Assembly (NCBI RefSeq): GCF_009914755.1
Contig: NC_060933.1
DNA from: the human T2T-CHM13v2.0 reference genome, Homo sapiens
Length of the DNA stretch: 64,000 nt
Direction: 5' to 3' (one strand)
Shown here: positions 39,129-53,038 of the stretch, piece by piece
Position numbering within the stretch: the first letter of the stretch is position 1
Layout: each line of letters starts with the position of its first letter
Translations under genes and position numbers: made by a program
The notes under the pieces: generated by a model
Told to the model about the DNA's origin: nothing
What the model saw: the letters and a program-made list of their open reading frames with translations, nothing else
Databases searched by the model: none

Positions 39129-39536
39129 TGTCTTAGTCTGCATGAGCTGCTACAACAAAATAAATGTTGTAGCATTTATTTTGTAAATAAGGAATTTTAT
39201 AAAACAAAATTCCTTAGATCAAGGAATTTATAAAAATAGAAGTTTCTTCCTCACAATTCTGGAGGCTGGGAACTTTATGATCTAGACACCAGCAGAGTCC
39301 GTGGCTGGTGAAGGCTCTCTGCTTCACACATGATGTCTTCTTGCTGCATCCTCTCATAGTGGAAGGGGCAATCAGGTTTCCTCAAGCCTCTTCTATAAGT
39401 ATACAGATCTCATTCTTGAGGGTGGAGTCCTCATGACCTCATCATATCCTAAAGCCCTCACCTCTTAATACTGTCTCATTGGTGATTAGGTTTTGATATA
39501 TAATTTTGGAAGTACACAAACATTCAGACCATAGCA
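39129..39536 (-). mobile_element. MaLR solo LTR (MSTC/MLT1A-like)
   Basis: tgtcttagtc...tcacaattctggaggctgggaa...cattcagaccatagca; perfect TSD ctctg (39124-39128 / 39537-39541). Confidence 0.92.
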
Positions 39537-39827
39537 CTCTGCCATATAACCAAAATTATAAAGAGATCTCACCAATCTTAATATAAAGCTAGGAAAATGC
39601 AATGTGGCTAAATGGACTTGAACGTGTGTTTTGTGCTGGATTCACTGAGATTTTTTTTAAATGGAGTTGAACTTCAATATTTAAAAAATCTGAATTTGTA
39701 ACCTCTCTCACATGACAAGAATCAGCTGGAGCTGAGTTGGGACTGTTATTTTTAGGTTTTCCATAGTCTATCATGAGTTAGTATTCTTTTGACATTGAGG
39801 CCAAGTGTGAGTTGCTATTTATCGTTG

Positions 39828-40275
39828 CTGTTTAGGGTAAATGCTTGCTGCTGTAACAAATAAACCCTGACATTCCACTGGCTCAGTATCTAATATATAG
39901 AAGTACATCACTTACCGATGTAATAGTCCAACACAACACAAAGGTTCCTGGTAAGTGGATAGTCTTCTTCCATACGATCGTTTAGGGGCTAAAGGAATTT
40001 TCCATCTCATGGCTCAGCCATCTGAACCTTAGAGGCCTATGTATGCAGCTGGTGGATGGGGAAGAGAAGAGAGAGAAGGGTTAGTTTCTGAATTGCCTTG
40101 GCTCAGAAGTAACATACAACAATTTTGCTCATATTCTATTGGCAAGAACTAGTTAATGGTCCCAATCAGCTTCAAGGGAGCTATAAAAAGTATTCCATGC
40201 AGCCACTTTGTAGCAACAACTATTTATGGAAAAGGGAACATGGATTTGAGTAGACAGTTGGTCATTTCAGCTACT
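39828..40275 (-). mobile_element. MLT1I/J-like LTR
   Basis: gctgctgtaacaaataaaccc...gctcatattctattggcaagaactagt. Confidence 0.7.
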
Positions 40276-40574
40276 ATCATCTTTTCTCTACTGTTTTTCT
40301 AATGGTTTAGGGTTTACTCATGACTTTTCTTATTCTTGACTGATCTCATTTGCATTACTTAAGAAGTACTTGTAGGCAATTGGCTTTGTAGCTCCTGGTG
40401 TGTGGTTAATGCATTACTTTAGAACAACAATTTAGTGGATATAAAGAGTCCTTCCTGGATGGGAATGCTTTGTTAAATTTATACTGGTATCTAGTCACTA
40501 TATCTGTATTCTGACCATTTTGGTCTTTCTACCAGCTTCCTTCTGTTTAGATACTGGACTTTATATTTTGTTTT

Positions 40575-41446
40575 CTTTGTTTGTGTAGCAGACTCCTTCA
40601 AAACTTTATGGTGTAAAAATACCCAGTCATTTTATTAAGATGATGGGTTCTATGGGTCAGGAATTTGGACAAGCACAGCAGGGATGGCTTAACTCTGCTT
40701 CTTGGTGACTGGGTACCTAGCTGAAAGGCTTAAATGTCTGGGTGTGGTGGCTTGCACCTGTAATCCCAGCACTTTGGGAGGCCGAGGCGGGCGGATCATG
40801 AGGTCAGGGAATCGAGACCATCCTGGCTAACATGGTGAAACCCTGTCTCTAGTAAAAATACAAAACAGCCTGGCGTGGTGGTGGGTGCCTGTAGTCCCAG
40901 CTACTCGGAAGGCTGTGGCAGGAGAATGGCGTGAACCTGGGAGGCGGAGCTAGCAGTGAGCCGAGATCCACCATTGCACTCCAGCCTGGGTGACAGAGCG
41001 AGACTCTATCTCAACAATAAAAATAAAAATTAAAAAAAAAAATAAAGGCTTGAACATCTGCAGACCAATTCAGATGGCTGGAGAATGGAATCCTCTCAAG
41101 GTTCCTTTACTCATATCTGTGAAGACTGGAATGCTGGGATTGTCACCTGTAGTGTTCCAAATGGCCTCCCCATGTGGTTTGGGCTTCCTCACAGCATGGC
41201 AGCCTTGGATAGTCAAACTCCTTACATGGTGCCTTAGGACTCCAAGAGCAAGTATTTTAAACAAACGAGGCAGAAGCCCTGTAACCTTTTATGACCTAGC
41301 ATTGGAAGTCACATGGTGTCACTTCGGTAGAATGCTATTGGTCAAAACAGTTGTCAGCCTACCTTGATTTAAGCAGAGGGTACTTAGACCCTACCTCTTT
41401 ATGGGAAGAATGTCAAACAACTTGAAGCCATGTTTTAAAAGGTACA
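40575..41446 (-). mobile_element. MLT1F/G/H-like LTR, split by AluY
   Basis: ttctatgggtcaggaatttggac...gggcttcctcacagcatggcagcc...ttttatgacctagcattggaagtcac. Confidence 0.8.
40736..41043 (+). mobile_element. AluY
   Basis: ggagaatggcgtgaacc diagnostic; TSD aaaggcttaaat / aaaggcttgaac. Confidence 0.95.
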
Positions 41447-42072
41447 TAGACTGTCACATTAATTGGTATCTTTGTGCACATAATATAAAGCAGGCCATTT
41501 AGCGAAAGGAGTAAGTTTTCATCAAAAGCTCAAAATATCTCTAACTTTCTTTGATCATCTCTCATCACTGTAAGGAGCTAAAATGAATAAGGACAATTCT
41601 AATTGCTTTAAACTGTGAAATATGCTACACATCCCAGGTACTCTCTTTAGAAGTCTGGATTTCTTTTTTTGAATTTTAATGCATTGGACTTTGAGGCAAT
41701 ATGGAATCCTATCTGGTCTGGAATCCTCTCTAGCCTGATATGTGGCTTCCCTCCCAAAATGTGTTTAGGTTTCAAGTCTGGCTTCAGACCAATCAGGCTA
41801 TCTCAAACAGAATTTATAATTATGGGATGCATTTGGATCTATATCGGGAATATCACCTGGGGTGCACAGATAGAATTCTGGGAGTCCATGATCTTGGATG
41901 GGAACAATTACATGTTTATTTTCACTAACCTCTAGTTAAAATACAGCATTTTCTTCAATTACAAATGTAGGCAATAAATTATATTTATTAATTGTATATA
42001 TATTTTTATTAATCTTTTCAGTACCTATGACTCCAGGATTTGCCAGTGAAAGAAGTCAACAATATTTTAACT

Positions 42073-42102
42073 TTGATCTTAACCAAAAGGCCAAGAAGTG
42101 AT
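42073..42102 (-). pseudogene. 3'-truncated U2 snRNA retropseudogene (U2 nt ~1-30)
   Basis: Reverse complement ATCACTTCTTGGCCTTTTGGTTAAGATCAA vs U2 5' end ATCGCTTCTCGGCCTTTTGGCTAAGATCAA (27/30); flanked by aatatttt repeats. Confidence 0.88.
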
Positions 42103-43469
42103 GCTAATATTTTCATATACTACGACAGTTGCAGGTATCTTGAAATTCTGTTTATGTTCATCACTACTTTAAAGTTGTGATAGTTATTAGCTATGCTTCT
42201 AAATGACATGTGACTACAGTCTCCCTGTCTACAGACACACGTCTATCATAGCTGGGTAGTAATCCAGGCAACTCTGCCACAAGTCATGGGCTCAGCCACC
42301 AGTCCACGAAGTCTCCAGTCACACATATTGCTTCGGACTATTCTCTATCCCCAGTTGTCAATTAACTAAAATATTAAATGAGGTAAGTTATTTTCATTGT
42401 TTGATAATGTTTTGCAAAACTGAACAGGCCAAATGAGAATTTATAGCCCTGGCTAAGGTGGTGCAGTCTGTTCTTCCTGGAATTCCCAGAGGTTGCTCAG
42501 GTTTAGGATTCAGGTGCGATTGAGGGAGGAAGCACCATGAGTCAGGGCACAGAAACTTGATCAAGTGGTATAAGCCCTGGTAACATTTTTCATTTGGAAG
42601 TTTCAGTGTTCTGCCCTAATAGATGGGGCCATGTAATGAAAAGACAGAAGCTTTACAAAATTAGTATTTTGGGAGATAGGTGATACAGGCACATTGCACA
42701 AAATTGAAAAATTCAGAAGGAATTCAGTGAAAATATTTATATTACTCCTGTCCCTCAGCCACCCAATTTTCTTCCCCAGAGACAACAACTGCTACTAGTT
42801 TTTTTGGTATAATTATCGATCGAATGAATATGTATGCAATCAACATCCACCATAAACACATGCCAAGCCCCTACTATAACAAGAGTCCCTTATTTTGGGG
42901 GTATCATGAAAATAAAGCATGACATTATAAAATTCAAATTGGTATGGAAAGATATCAGTTACAAAAGAAAATCTTTCTTGATCCTTCTCCTTTTAAAAAA
43001 CTTTTTTGGGATCGTTTATTTTTTAGTGCTTCTGGTGCCTAGCTCCATACTTTAAATAAAGTGCTTATATCTCTATTTCTGGACTTATCAACTTCAGATA
43101 GGACTCTCCAGTATGATATGTTTTATCTAAAGCAACCTATATTAACTAATGTAAGTGAACTCCTCTCTTTCCATTTTTCAGTTAGTTATTCTTTTTAATT
43201 CCTCTTTTGGTTATCTTCACAACTTTAAAAACTATTTCTTTTGTAGTGTCAACATCAATAACATTCGTTTTTTGCTCTATAAATATGATTATTCTATGCA
43301 TTGTCCATATGTTCATTCTAAATATTAACAATAATTCAAAGCTTCTAAGTTTTTATGAAATATTATAACTTAATACAAATATTTGTTATTTCCAAAATGA
43401 TTATTGTGATTGGACCTTTAGAGAAGGAAATATAATCAAAACTGCTGCCATGCAAAGCAATGTTAGTAA

Positions 43470-43650
43470 TAACACCAATTCTTATGGAATACTATCAATC
43501 CCACTTTAAAGATGAGGATGTAGAGATCCGAGGGGTTCAGAACCTTGTCCCAAGGTCTCACCGTATTTGGTAGAGCAAAGTAGACACGGTTTGAAACCAG
43601 GCAGTCTGATTCTAGTCCATGATACTCACTATTACACTGTTCTGCCTCTT
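43470..43650 (-). mobile_element. MIR
   Basis: cccactttaaagatgagg...cttgtcccaaggtctcac...gtttgaaaccaggcagtctgattctag. Confidence 0.8.
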
Positions 43651-43729
43651 TAAGCAACAACATCAAATGGATTCTCTTGCCTTCTACTCCATCAATTTCC
43701 TGTCACCTGAAATTCTTTGTAGTGAAGAA

Positions 43730-44610
43730 TATATGAAAATGGTTGAAATAAAATGTAAAAATAACCCTTATGCCCTTCCCATAACCATTGCCCACCCCCA
43801 AAAAAATCAACGTCGATAGTTTGGTGGGTTGTCTTTCCAGTCCTTTTTCTATGTAGTTTAACGAGCTCACATACTTTACCAATTGCTTGCTTTTTGATTT
43901 GGATATCTTCCCATATGAGCATATAAAAATCTATTACATCCTGTTGAGATAGCACTTTAAAATTCCTTTATATGGATGTACCCTACTGATGGATGTTTGG
44001 ATTGCTTCCAGTTTTCACTATTACACACAAAGCAGCCAAGAACATCTTAGTTCATGCTCTTTGGGCACATGTGTTTTTCTCTAGGATATGTTGGTAGCAA
44101 TGAAATTGCTGAGAGTGTAGGCACATTTAAAATTGTGATAACTCTTGCTAAATTGCTTCCCTTCTACACACAGAAGGCTTTAAAATGTACACTTCTTCCA
44201 CGTTGAATGAGAATGTTTGTTTCTTTATAGCACCTTCAGCATTTGAAATCATCAATATTTTTACTTTTTGTGAGGCTGATGGGCAAAAAATTGATAAACT
44301 GGTTGTTCGTAAGTGATTCTTTTATTACTAATAAGGTTCACCATCTTTTTATTGACATTTTGTCATCTGTTTGTTGACATTTGTAATTCCCCTGCAAATT
44401 GCCCGTTCATAGCCTTTGCTCATTTAACAATTGAGATATGGGCCTCTTATAGATTTGTAGGAGATCTGTATAGTTTGGATAATAATCCTTTATTTAGTGC
44501 ATTGTATATATTTTCTTCCAATGGCGTGCTTATTTTTCAATTTTATTTGTGCTTTCCTTTGTCATACAGAATTTTACATTTCTATGTAGCCAAATCTGTT
44601 AATCTACCAT
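43730..44610 (-). mobile_element. Old L1ME 3' ORF2/3'UTR fragment
   Basis: ctgatggatgtttggattgcttccagtttt; gttcatagcctttgctcattt; atgtagccaaatctgttaatc. Confidence 0.75.
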
Positions 44611-45347
44611 GGATATTTCAGTTAGTATCTCAAAGCCAAGGTGTTTAAAACTGCATTTCCCATCGTGCCCCCAAATACCTTCTCCTCTTGACCATTTGAA
44701 ACTTGAGTCTTGTTTTTGTTTTTTTTTTTTATTACAAGGGCAGTTGGAAAACTTCATGGCCAATGATCTTGTAATTTTTTTAAAAAAGTAAAATAGAAGT
44801 GTAAAGATATCTTTTTAAATGCAATTATCATGCTCTTCCACGTTGCAGCAGACAACAATAGGTTGATAAGGTGGTGTCTTTGCAAGTTCCTGCACTGAAA
44901 CATTATTACAAATTACTCAATGTGTTGCCTGGGGATAGGTCCTCCACCCTGATGTTGACAAACTTAATTTGGTTCTCTTTAGCTCACTAATCTCCAAACC
45001 AGACCACTTTTCAGCCCACAGAGACCCGCCTTTTTATTGTGAGCACAATAAGGGTCGAAAGCATGTGGAAGGAATGGTTCAACGTTTTGCATTAACCCCA
45101 GGGCAGGTGTTCCTTCATGGTGGTAAAAATGGTTCCTGAATTCTACCCATATTGGAGTGAGGGTTGATAGCAAACCTAGGGGACATGATCAGTTTAAAAA
45201 ATTGCGTTTCTTTCCTTCCTTCATGGGCTCCTCTCCATGCCTCCTGCTCCTCCTGACCCTCCCATCTGCCCTGGCAAGGAAGAGAGCACACTGCTTTCTG
45301 TCCATTCTTTGCCCTCTTTCTTGGCTTCCATAGCTATACTTTGGGGA

Positions 45348-45393
45348 CCTCACAGTAACTTCCCAGTGCACCTCACAGTAACTTCCCAGTGCA
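45348..45393 (+). repeat. Perfect 23-bp tandem duplication
   Basis: cctcacagtaacttcccagtgca x2. Confidence 0.97.
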
Positions 45394-46609
45394 GAGCACT
45401 TGACTGCACGGAACCTGGATTGACTCAAACCTGTGAATTTCCCTTCCTGAAACCTAGGATGCCATGGAGTCCCCCAACTGATTTCATAAATTTGGTGTCA
45501 CATTGTAAATCAAGCAGCTGCAGAGTGGCTGGGACATCTGTTTGGTTCTGTTATTCTCTTTACTCCAAAAGGAAACTAACTCCAAAAGGTCAGTAAAATG
45601 TGCACATTGCCAGTAAGTGCCTGTATTATTCTTCCCAGGCATGGATCAAAAATATCAGGATCTTTTGCTTGTTAAAAGTAAAATTTTGTGTGCACACACA
45701 CACACACTTATTGTAGCTTCATGGAACTCTGCCTAAAGGATAAGGCAATATATCCTTTGTTTGCTTTTGTAGGAAAAGCAAATAAATAAGTGGTATCCTG
45801 GAGTTTACTTAGATATCTGTTCATCTTTACCAATTTAAAGATGTTGGAAACAGTGATTAAAAAATAGCTAAAGAGGATGAAGAGGATGCAAGACAAGAAC
45901 TGCTATCCATAACCATTAGGTTGGACATGGGAGGCCACTTTCTTTAACAGGATTTTTCCTATTTCCCTTTCTCATAGAGAGTGTTAGGCTAGGCTGTGCT
46001 ATGCTTACAAATACCCTTTCCCTATTCCCCACCCACAGCTGCATATTACTCACTTTACATTACACAGGTTCGTTTCTGGTTCTTGCAGGCCTGATAGGGG
46101 GCAGATAATCCTCCTGGGAATTGATCTCCCTGCTGGGAGGAGGGGAACTCAGTGCCAGAGGGTTGCACACCGCTCTTAAGGGCAGTTCTGTAAGTGATAG
46201 ATGTTACTTCTGCTTTGTTTCTTTTGACCGCAACTGGCCACATGGCCCTACCATGGGGGTTTGGAAATATGGAAGAGCCTATTTGATAAATAGTAAAGGT
46301 CTCTGACACACAAGCTGTATCTGAGGCAGACATAAAAAAGATACAATTCCTCATTTTTACTACTTAATTTTTGACTTAGCAACAGTCCCCTTCACACTTC
46401 CCCCTTTCTTTTCACTTCTACTACCAATATCCATAAAATATGCTAAAATCTAATTTTAAATAAAAGGTTAAAAGCCAATATGACTTAGAAGGTGTGTATA
46501 CAGAAGAATATCTATGGACTGTAATATAGCTCTATATAAATAAAATTATTCTATCACAAAATAGAGTTCTTAATTAAAAGTTCCCAACCAAGTTAATTCC
46601 CAGCCCCTA

Positions 46610-46805
46610 AACAGTTTCTAGAGTAGACTACGCATTCAGCAGCACAAAACACCTTCACTATAAACCCTCCTGACCAACACTAATTAAATATACAGATTCC
46701 TGGTCTCTGTCCTAAATCTACTTACACCGGAATTTCCTGGGGTAGGGCCCATTTTGAAAGAGCACCACAGATAATTCTAATAAATACTGAAATTTGAGAA
46801 AGGCT
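46610..46805. mobile_element. MER5A-like (hAT-Charlie)
   Basis: tacagattcctggtc...ggggtagggccc...cacagataattctaat...aatttgagaa. Confidence 0.65.
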
Positions 46806-48644
46806 AGCTTGTATTAATTTTCCCAGGAGCATTTACATATTTCAAAAGACAGCTGAAAGAAGGAAATGTTTCATATGAAGGAGTGATTTGCTAAAAGCTG
46901 AGATTCAAACACCAGTGGGGCAGTAGTCTTTGAGTGAGGGCCTTTCTGTATTGGGCCATACTCAGCATGTTTGCTTATGTAGCTATTCAGCTACGTAAAG
47001 TTGACATGTACAGTATTTTGGGGGTATCCTATAGTATTCTATTTTTGCATTTTCTGGCTCACCCTCATGGAGGATAGTTTCCTATTAATGGCTTTTCCAT
47101 TTTGCCTATAGGATCATCTTCAGTGGTTTTTGTTTTGTTTTGTTTCCTATGGGATTTTCAGATCCCTGGAATATGAAAGTATCCCTACAGAGTAGTTTTT
47201 GCTTAGTTTTATCAGGTGTCCAGTGGATTTCACTTGCTCAGGACAACTTGCCTGAGGTTGGCTTCACGACACTTGCAGAGAATTCCTAATTTACACATGG
47301 CACGGGCATGCCTTGTTTGGTCCTGTGCATCCAAGGCCAAGGGCAGAGATATACTTCCTTGCTGCTTGGTAGGCCAACTGTAATGTTTGCTTCTGGTCTC
47401 CTCTTCTTGAAGAAAATAGTCCCTCCAGTCTGCTCAGGGCAGATATCTTACTCCCTCAGGAGCATCAGAATTTCTAGATCTGATCTGATTTCCCCAGCAC
47501 CCATCCTTTGGAAGCCGTGGTATCATCTCTAAGATATAACTCTGTAGCTTTTAATTTCTCCTTTTCCTTCCTGGTACCTGAAGATATTCATGTCTTTATT
47601 TTGAATTCAGCTTAGACGTTTTTTAAAAAATGGGTCTATTTGATCCATTATGTGTTTGGAGCCAGGCCCGGGAAAAAGCTTATACTTCATGACTCTTCAG
47701 TCTGCCATTTCTCTTGAAGTTTTATAAGGTTTTTTAGGAGGCGTGTTACTTTACCCTTAGTTATATTCATTTGTTTTGTGCTGCCACTGCTGTTTTGTTT
47801 GGTGAATTTTCTTTGCTCTTGAACAATATTTGATGTTAAAAAGGTCCCATTTCAAGCAGAAAACAGGCCATTAGTCACACTCTCCCATGGAACTGAGTTT
47901 ATTTTCCTCACATAGTTCTCATCACACTATATTGCAGTCAGTTCCAGACAGCTTTGCTTTCTGCACCGTAGGCTTCTGGGCCCAGTGATCAGATCTCATT
48001 AATCTTTTTATCTCCAGTTCTGGCACAGTGCCTAGCACATAGGATTGGACAGAAGAGGTTTGTGCTGTTGGTTATTAAATAGAAATCCTTGCCGATGATG
48101 ATGATGATGGTGATGAATGCTACCACAATAGGAAGGCCCCACAGAATTCTGATCCTGGTATGGATGGCTAGAACGTCCTTCTCTGTTTATTGGATTTTTA
48201 AGTGCTGTTAATGGCTATTAACTAGTCTGTGTAGATTAACACCTGCTCCCTGCCTGGATGCATACACAGCCATTAGTTGCAGAGAATAGCCTCCCTGAGG
48301 GATCAAAAATACATAAAAATTTGGGAAAGGATTTGTATCCTTTTTCTCAGTGATGGCCTCTGGTCCCCAGGTACATGCTCCACGACCATCTGCTACAAGC
48401 TCTGCCTGCCCCTCCACCCACTCAGCCTCCCTTCCTCCCTCTCTTCCTCCTATCCTTCCACTCTTCCTCTCTTTTTTTCTCTCTTTTACAACTATAGATG
48501 AGGTGCTTTGCTGAGTAAAACCATAGTAATTTATAATAAATACTTGTTGGATGAATTCTCTAATTATCCTTAAAAGGACAAAAATACAGTCTAGCTCATT
48601 TTTTCATACAAAGGCATCCTCTAATGTATAAGTGAATTATAGCT

Positions 48645-48870
48645 GTTAGCATTTACTAACCACATCATCATCTACTGGGTACTTGTTGCTAAGCATTTTA
48701 CACCTATGGAATCATTTCACCTTGTACATGACCTGTGAGATGGAGGATATTACACATATGTTGAATCTTACTGGAGGCAGGGAGTAGGCAGAGAATAATT
48801 CATTCCAGAGCACGTACTCTGGGAATGGTAGAGCTGAGGTCTGAACACAGCCTGCCTGGCTATAAAGGCT
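48645..48870 (-). mobile_element. MIR
   Basis: tgctaagcattttaca...cctgtgagatgg...tggtagagctgaggtctgaacacag. Confidence 0.6.
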
Positions 48871-49519
48871 GTCCTAAACATTGTACATGCTTCACACAGT
48901 ACCCATCAGCTGAACAAACAGTCCCTATGGAGGGTCCACCAGGCCCACCCACACAGTTGGGATTCTTGTTTTTGATTCAAGAGTGATATAGAGAGCTAGA
49001 GAGTGCTGGGCTCCTCTTTCCCTTCCAGACTGGCAGACTCAGAAGGATGAGGAACCAAAGACATTAGTTTTTCTATGGCAAGTCTGAGGCTGACAGCTGG
49101 GGCCAATATCAAGGAATTGTGGCCTAAATATCTTGTACTCCTCTTCTGGTTTCTAGATGATGAGGGTAATATTCCAAGAATGTCATGATAGCAATATTAA
49201 AATTATTATTGTCAATATTAGAAAGATAAGGCAATAGCCTCAAGAAGAGAATACCCAAGCTAAGTTTCTCTAATAATCCAAAGTCTGTTTTGAGATGCAA
49301 GCAAGTCTATTTTACAGTTTAAAAAGAGAGAGAGAAAGGAAGAAAGAAAATGCTAGCCTTAACACAGGCTCTAAAGGGGCTGCCAGCCTCTGTGTGGGCG
49401 ATGTCTAGCACCATAAGAGAGGAAGTTTGGCTAAGGCAGGACTCTCAATAAGAGAGGATGCCTACCTTCTCTGCTCTGGGGACAAGGATCTAGAATATAA
49501 TTATGTGTGTGTGTTTCTG

Positions 49520-50226
<707 letters not shown>

Positions 50227-51209
50227 TCCTATACCAAGTGACTCCCAACGGACACTACACAGCATAAGTTGGAAAGAATCAAAGCCTACTTAACAATTAA
50301 ATTGTTTTGTGTGTAGCACAAAACAGACCAGAGAAATCCTGTTTGAGCAGTGGTGAGGGTGTTCACACTGCTCGAACATTGTTCCCAAGTTGTGATAGAG
50401 GAAGAGGGGAACTTCCTCTAACTTTTTCTGTGTTGCTTTCGCTTCTCACCAACGCTTTTTGCCAGGTGCCTTTGCTGTTTTGATCAGAGAATGCTAATTG
50501 CTGATTGTTCCATCTCGTTAGGTAAAGTGGGAATTTGGTGAGGCCCATTCCTTGCATTAGGGCAGGATGCTAAAACGGTCTTGGTGATGCTGAAAAGCCA
50601 GGCTCTGTTTCTTTTTCTCCAGAGAGAGAGGCTATGTGGATGAAGATGATGAGGATGGTGGGGGCAAGATGGATGCTCTGGGACAGAAGTACACTTGCTT
50701 TTGGAAAACAAAGAGGCCTCTCCTCTTGACAAGCCAGTTCTGCTAAGTGAACCCTGGATAGAAACTAAGGGAACATTTAAGAGTGAATGGAATTTTAAAA
50801 ATTGCACAATGCAGTGAGATGGCAGTTACAGTGAAGTCTTTGCAATTATTCTTGCTGATAGTGAAGGATCTTATCATGATCCCTGTGGGCCTGGATGAAG
50901 CCACTTCCTTCACATGGATGTGATGGTATCCCGTGACTTGGCTCCCGAACAACTCCTGCTTAGAAGCTGATGCTGCACTTGGAAAAATATTTCTAATGTT
51001 TGAATAATGACAATACACTGTGAGTCTTGAAATGGTTTCCCAGCTTGAGCAAGGACAAGGACTTTATTGAAGAATTGTGCCTGGAGGGAAATGATTGGCA
51101 ATTATCTGCTTCATTATGTCTTTTGGGGCAGTACAAACAAACAGGGCATCAAAGTAATACATGTCTTTAGGTTTTGGATATATGGGGAACATTACATACA
51201 TTAGTAGCA

Positions 51210-51450
51210 ATGGTAGCACTGACCAGATGCTGGATACGTTCTAAGCACTTTACTGATGTTAGCACAGCTGATCCAATAGTTCCACAAGGCAAATTCCATC
51301 ACTATCCTCATTCTGATTTTCAGATGAGGAAACTAAGGCATGGTTATTAATTTGTCCACAGTTACAAGGTTAGGTTACGTATAGTTAGTATAAGATAGAG
51401 ATGGGATTTGAACCAGGGAGTGGGTTCCAAAGTCCAAGCTCTTAACCAGT
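51210..51450 (-). mobile_element. MIR
   Basis: ttttcagatgaggaaactaaggca...gggatttgaaccaggg...gctcttaacca. Confidence 0.8.
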
Positions 51451-51493
51451 ACATGAGACCATCTGTTGACATTGATTGAACACACACACACAC

Positions 51494-51861
51494 TGATATG
51501 GTTTGGCTGTGTCCCCACCCAAATCTCATCTTGAATTATAGCTCCCATAATTCCCGCGTGTTGTGGAAAGGACTTGGTGGGAGATAATTGAGTCATGGGG
51601 GCGGCTTCCCCCATATCATTCTCATGGTAGTGAATAAGTCTTACAAAATCTGATGCTTTTATAAGGGGAAACCCATTCTGCTTGTTTCTCATTGTCTTTC
51701 TTGCTTATTGCCAATGTAAGACGTGCCTTTCACCTTCTGCCATGATTGTGAAGCCTCCCCAGCCACGTGGAACTGTAGGTCCATTAAACCTCTTTTCTTT
51801 ATAAATTACCCAGTCTTGGGTATGTTTTTATCAATCAGCAGCCTGAAAACGAACTAATGCA
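51494..51861 (+). mobile_element. THE1 solo LTR flanked by (CA)n on both sides
   Basis: tgatatggtttggctgtgtccccacccaaatctcatcttgaatt...ccattaaacctctttt...gaactaatgca. Confidence 0.95.
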
Positions 51862-52039
51862 CACACACACACACACAGACACACACACACACACACACAC
51901 ATGTCGAGGAAACCTAAAAGTGTCATGTTATCCATCCTCAGATATCGGACAGCTCATTCTTTTTAATAGTTATTGACAGCAACTTGTGCATACATTTTGA
52001 ATAGTCAAGGTTAATAAGAGTTATCCTCATTCTCTAAAA

Positions 52040-52210
52040 TTAGCGTTGACACCATCTGTGTGGCTTTGGACAAGTAATTTAACCTTTCCAAGCCTTGGTT
52101 TTCTTATTCGTAAAATTGCAATAATAATTCTTTTCCTACAGGGTTGTTAGGATGTTAAGCAAGAGAGAGTATATAAAATGCCTGTCATACGCTTTCACTG
52201 TGACAGGCAT
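52040..52210 (+). mobile_element. MIR
   Basis: tgtgtggctttggacaagtaatttaacc...cagggttgttaggatg. Confidence 0.75.
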
Positions 52211-53038
52211 AAGTCATGTCCTGGAGTCAGGAGTGGAGGCAATATTGCCTGAAGAGGAGAAAGTTAAGAATGGGGAGAGTGTTTTTCTCTTGATGCAGAA
52301 TTCAGATGCCTACCTTTATGGAGGTAAATGTAAGTGGATGCCAGAAACAGAAACTGTCTACTTCAGTGGTTGGCCCATGCGAGGAACTCAAAAAATGATG
52401 GTTTTAGGCCTGTTGTGGCATTCAAACTCATGGAATGCCACTCTGAAACATTTTTCTTTGAATTGTGCAAACTAGAATGGCATCCAAAAACTTTAACAGG
52501 TTGATAGATGTCATCATTAGAATTGTAAGAAAGTACATTACATCCTTACCTTGCTTTTTATTCAACATTTCATTCCACTCCCACATTGTATTCCCCCAGT
52601 GATCTTAAAAGCCTTCCGAATCCTTGCTTCTGATATGAAGACCAGAGATGAAGTGGTAGATAATGTGCCTACCATATCTTATCAGGCAGTCTTCCAGCAA
52701 ACTCTCACTAAAGTCCCAGCTTTACAGAAATAATCCAATGTAGAATTTGGAGGAAAATTATTATTGCAAGGAGAAATAAAATCAGGAAGCCAAACTTTCC
52801 CCCTTTATTATAACTAGTCAAGTTAATTACTCGTTGTTATTCATTTATTTATTCACTCACCAAATATCTATTTAAGTACCTGCAACATATCTTGTTCTAT
52901 GTAGGTACTGGAACTACAAGGGATATGGGAGCTCCTTTTTTTTTAAAAAAAATTATTTATCTAATTTTTCTTACCCCCTTCCATCACAGAAGAAAACCTG
53001 ATGTCTGAGCTGAATCCTAATCATGAAGATGTTTTTCC

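Noticed and set aside
45348-45393. 23-bp repeats (here and at 53039) as CRISPR-like arrays
   Set aside because: Two adjacent units, no spacers, eukaryotic context
50484-51101. Overlapping ORFs in unique sequence as a processed pseudogene
   Set aside because: No recognisable protein similarity, polyA or TSD
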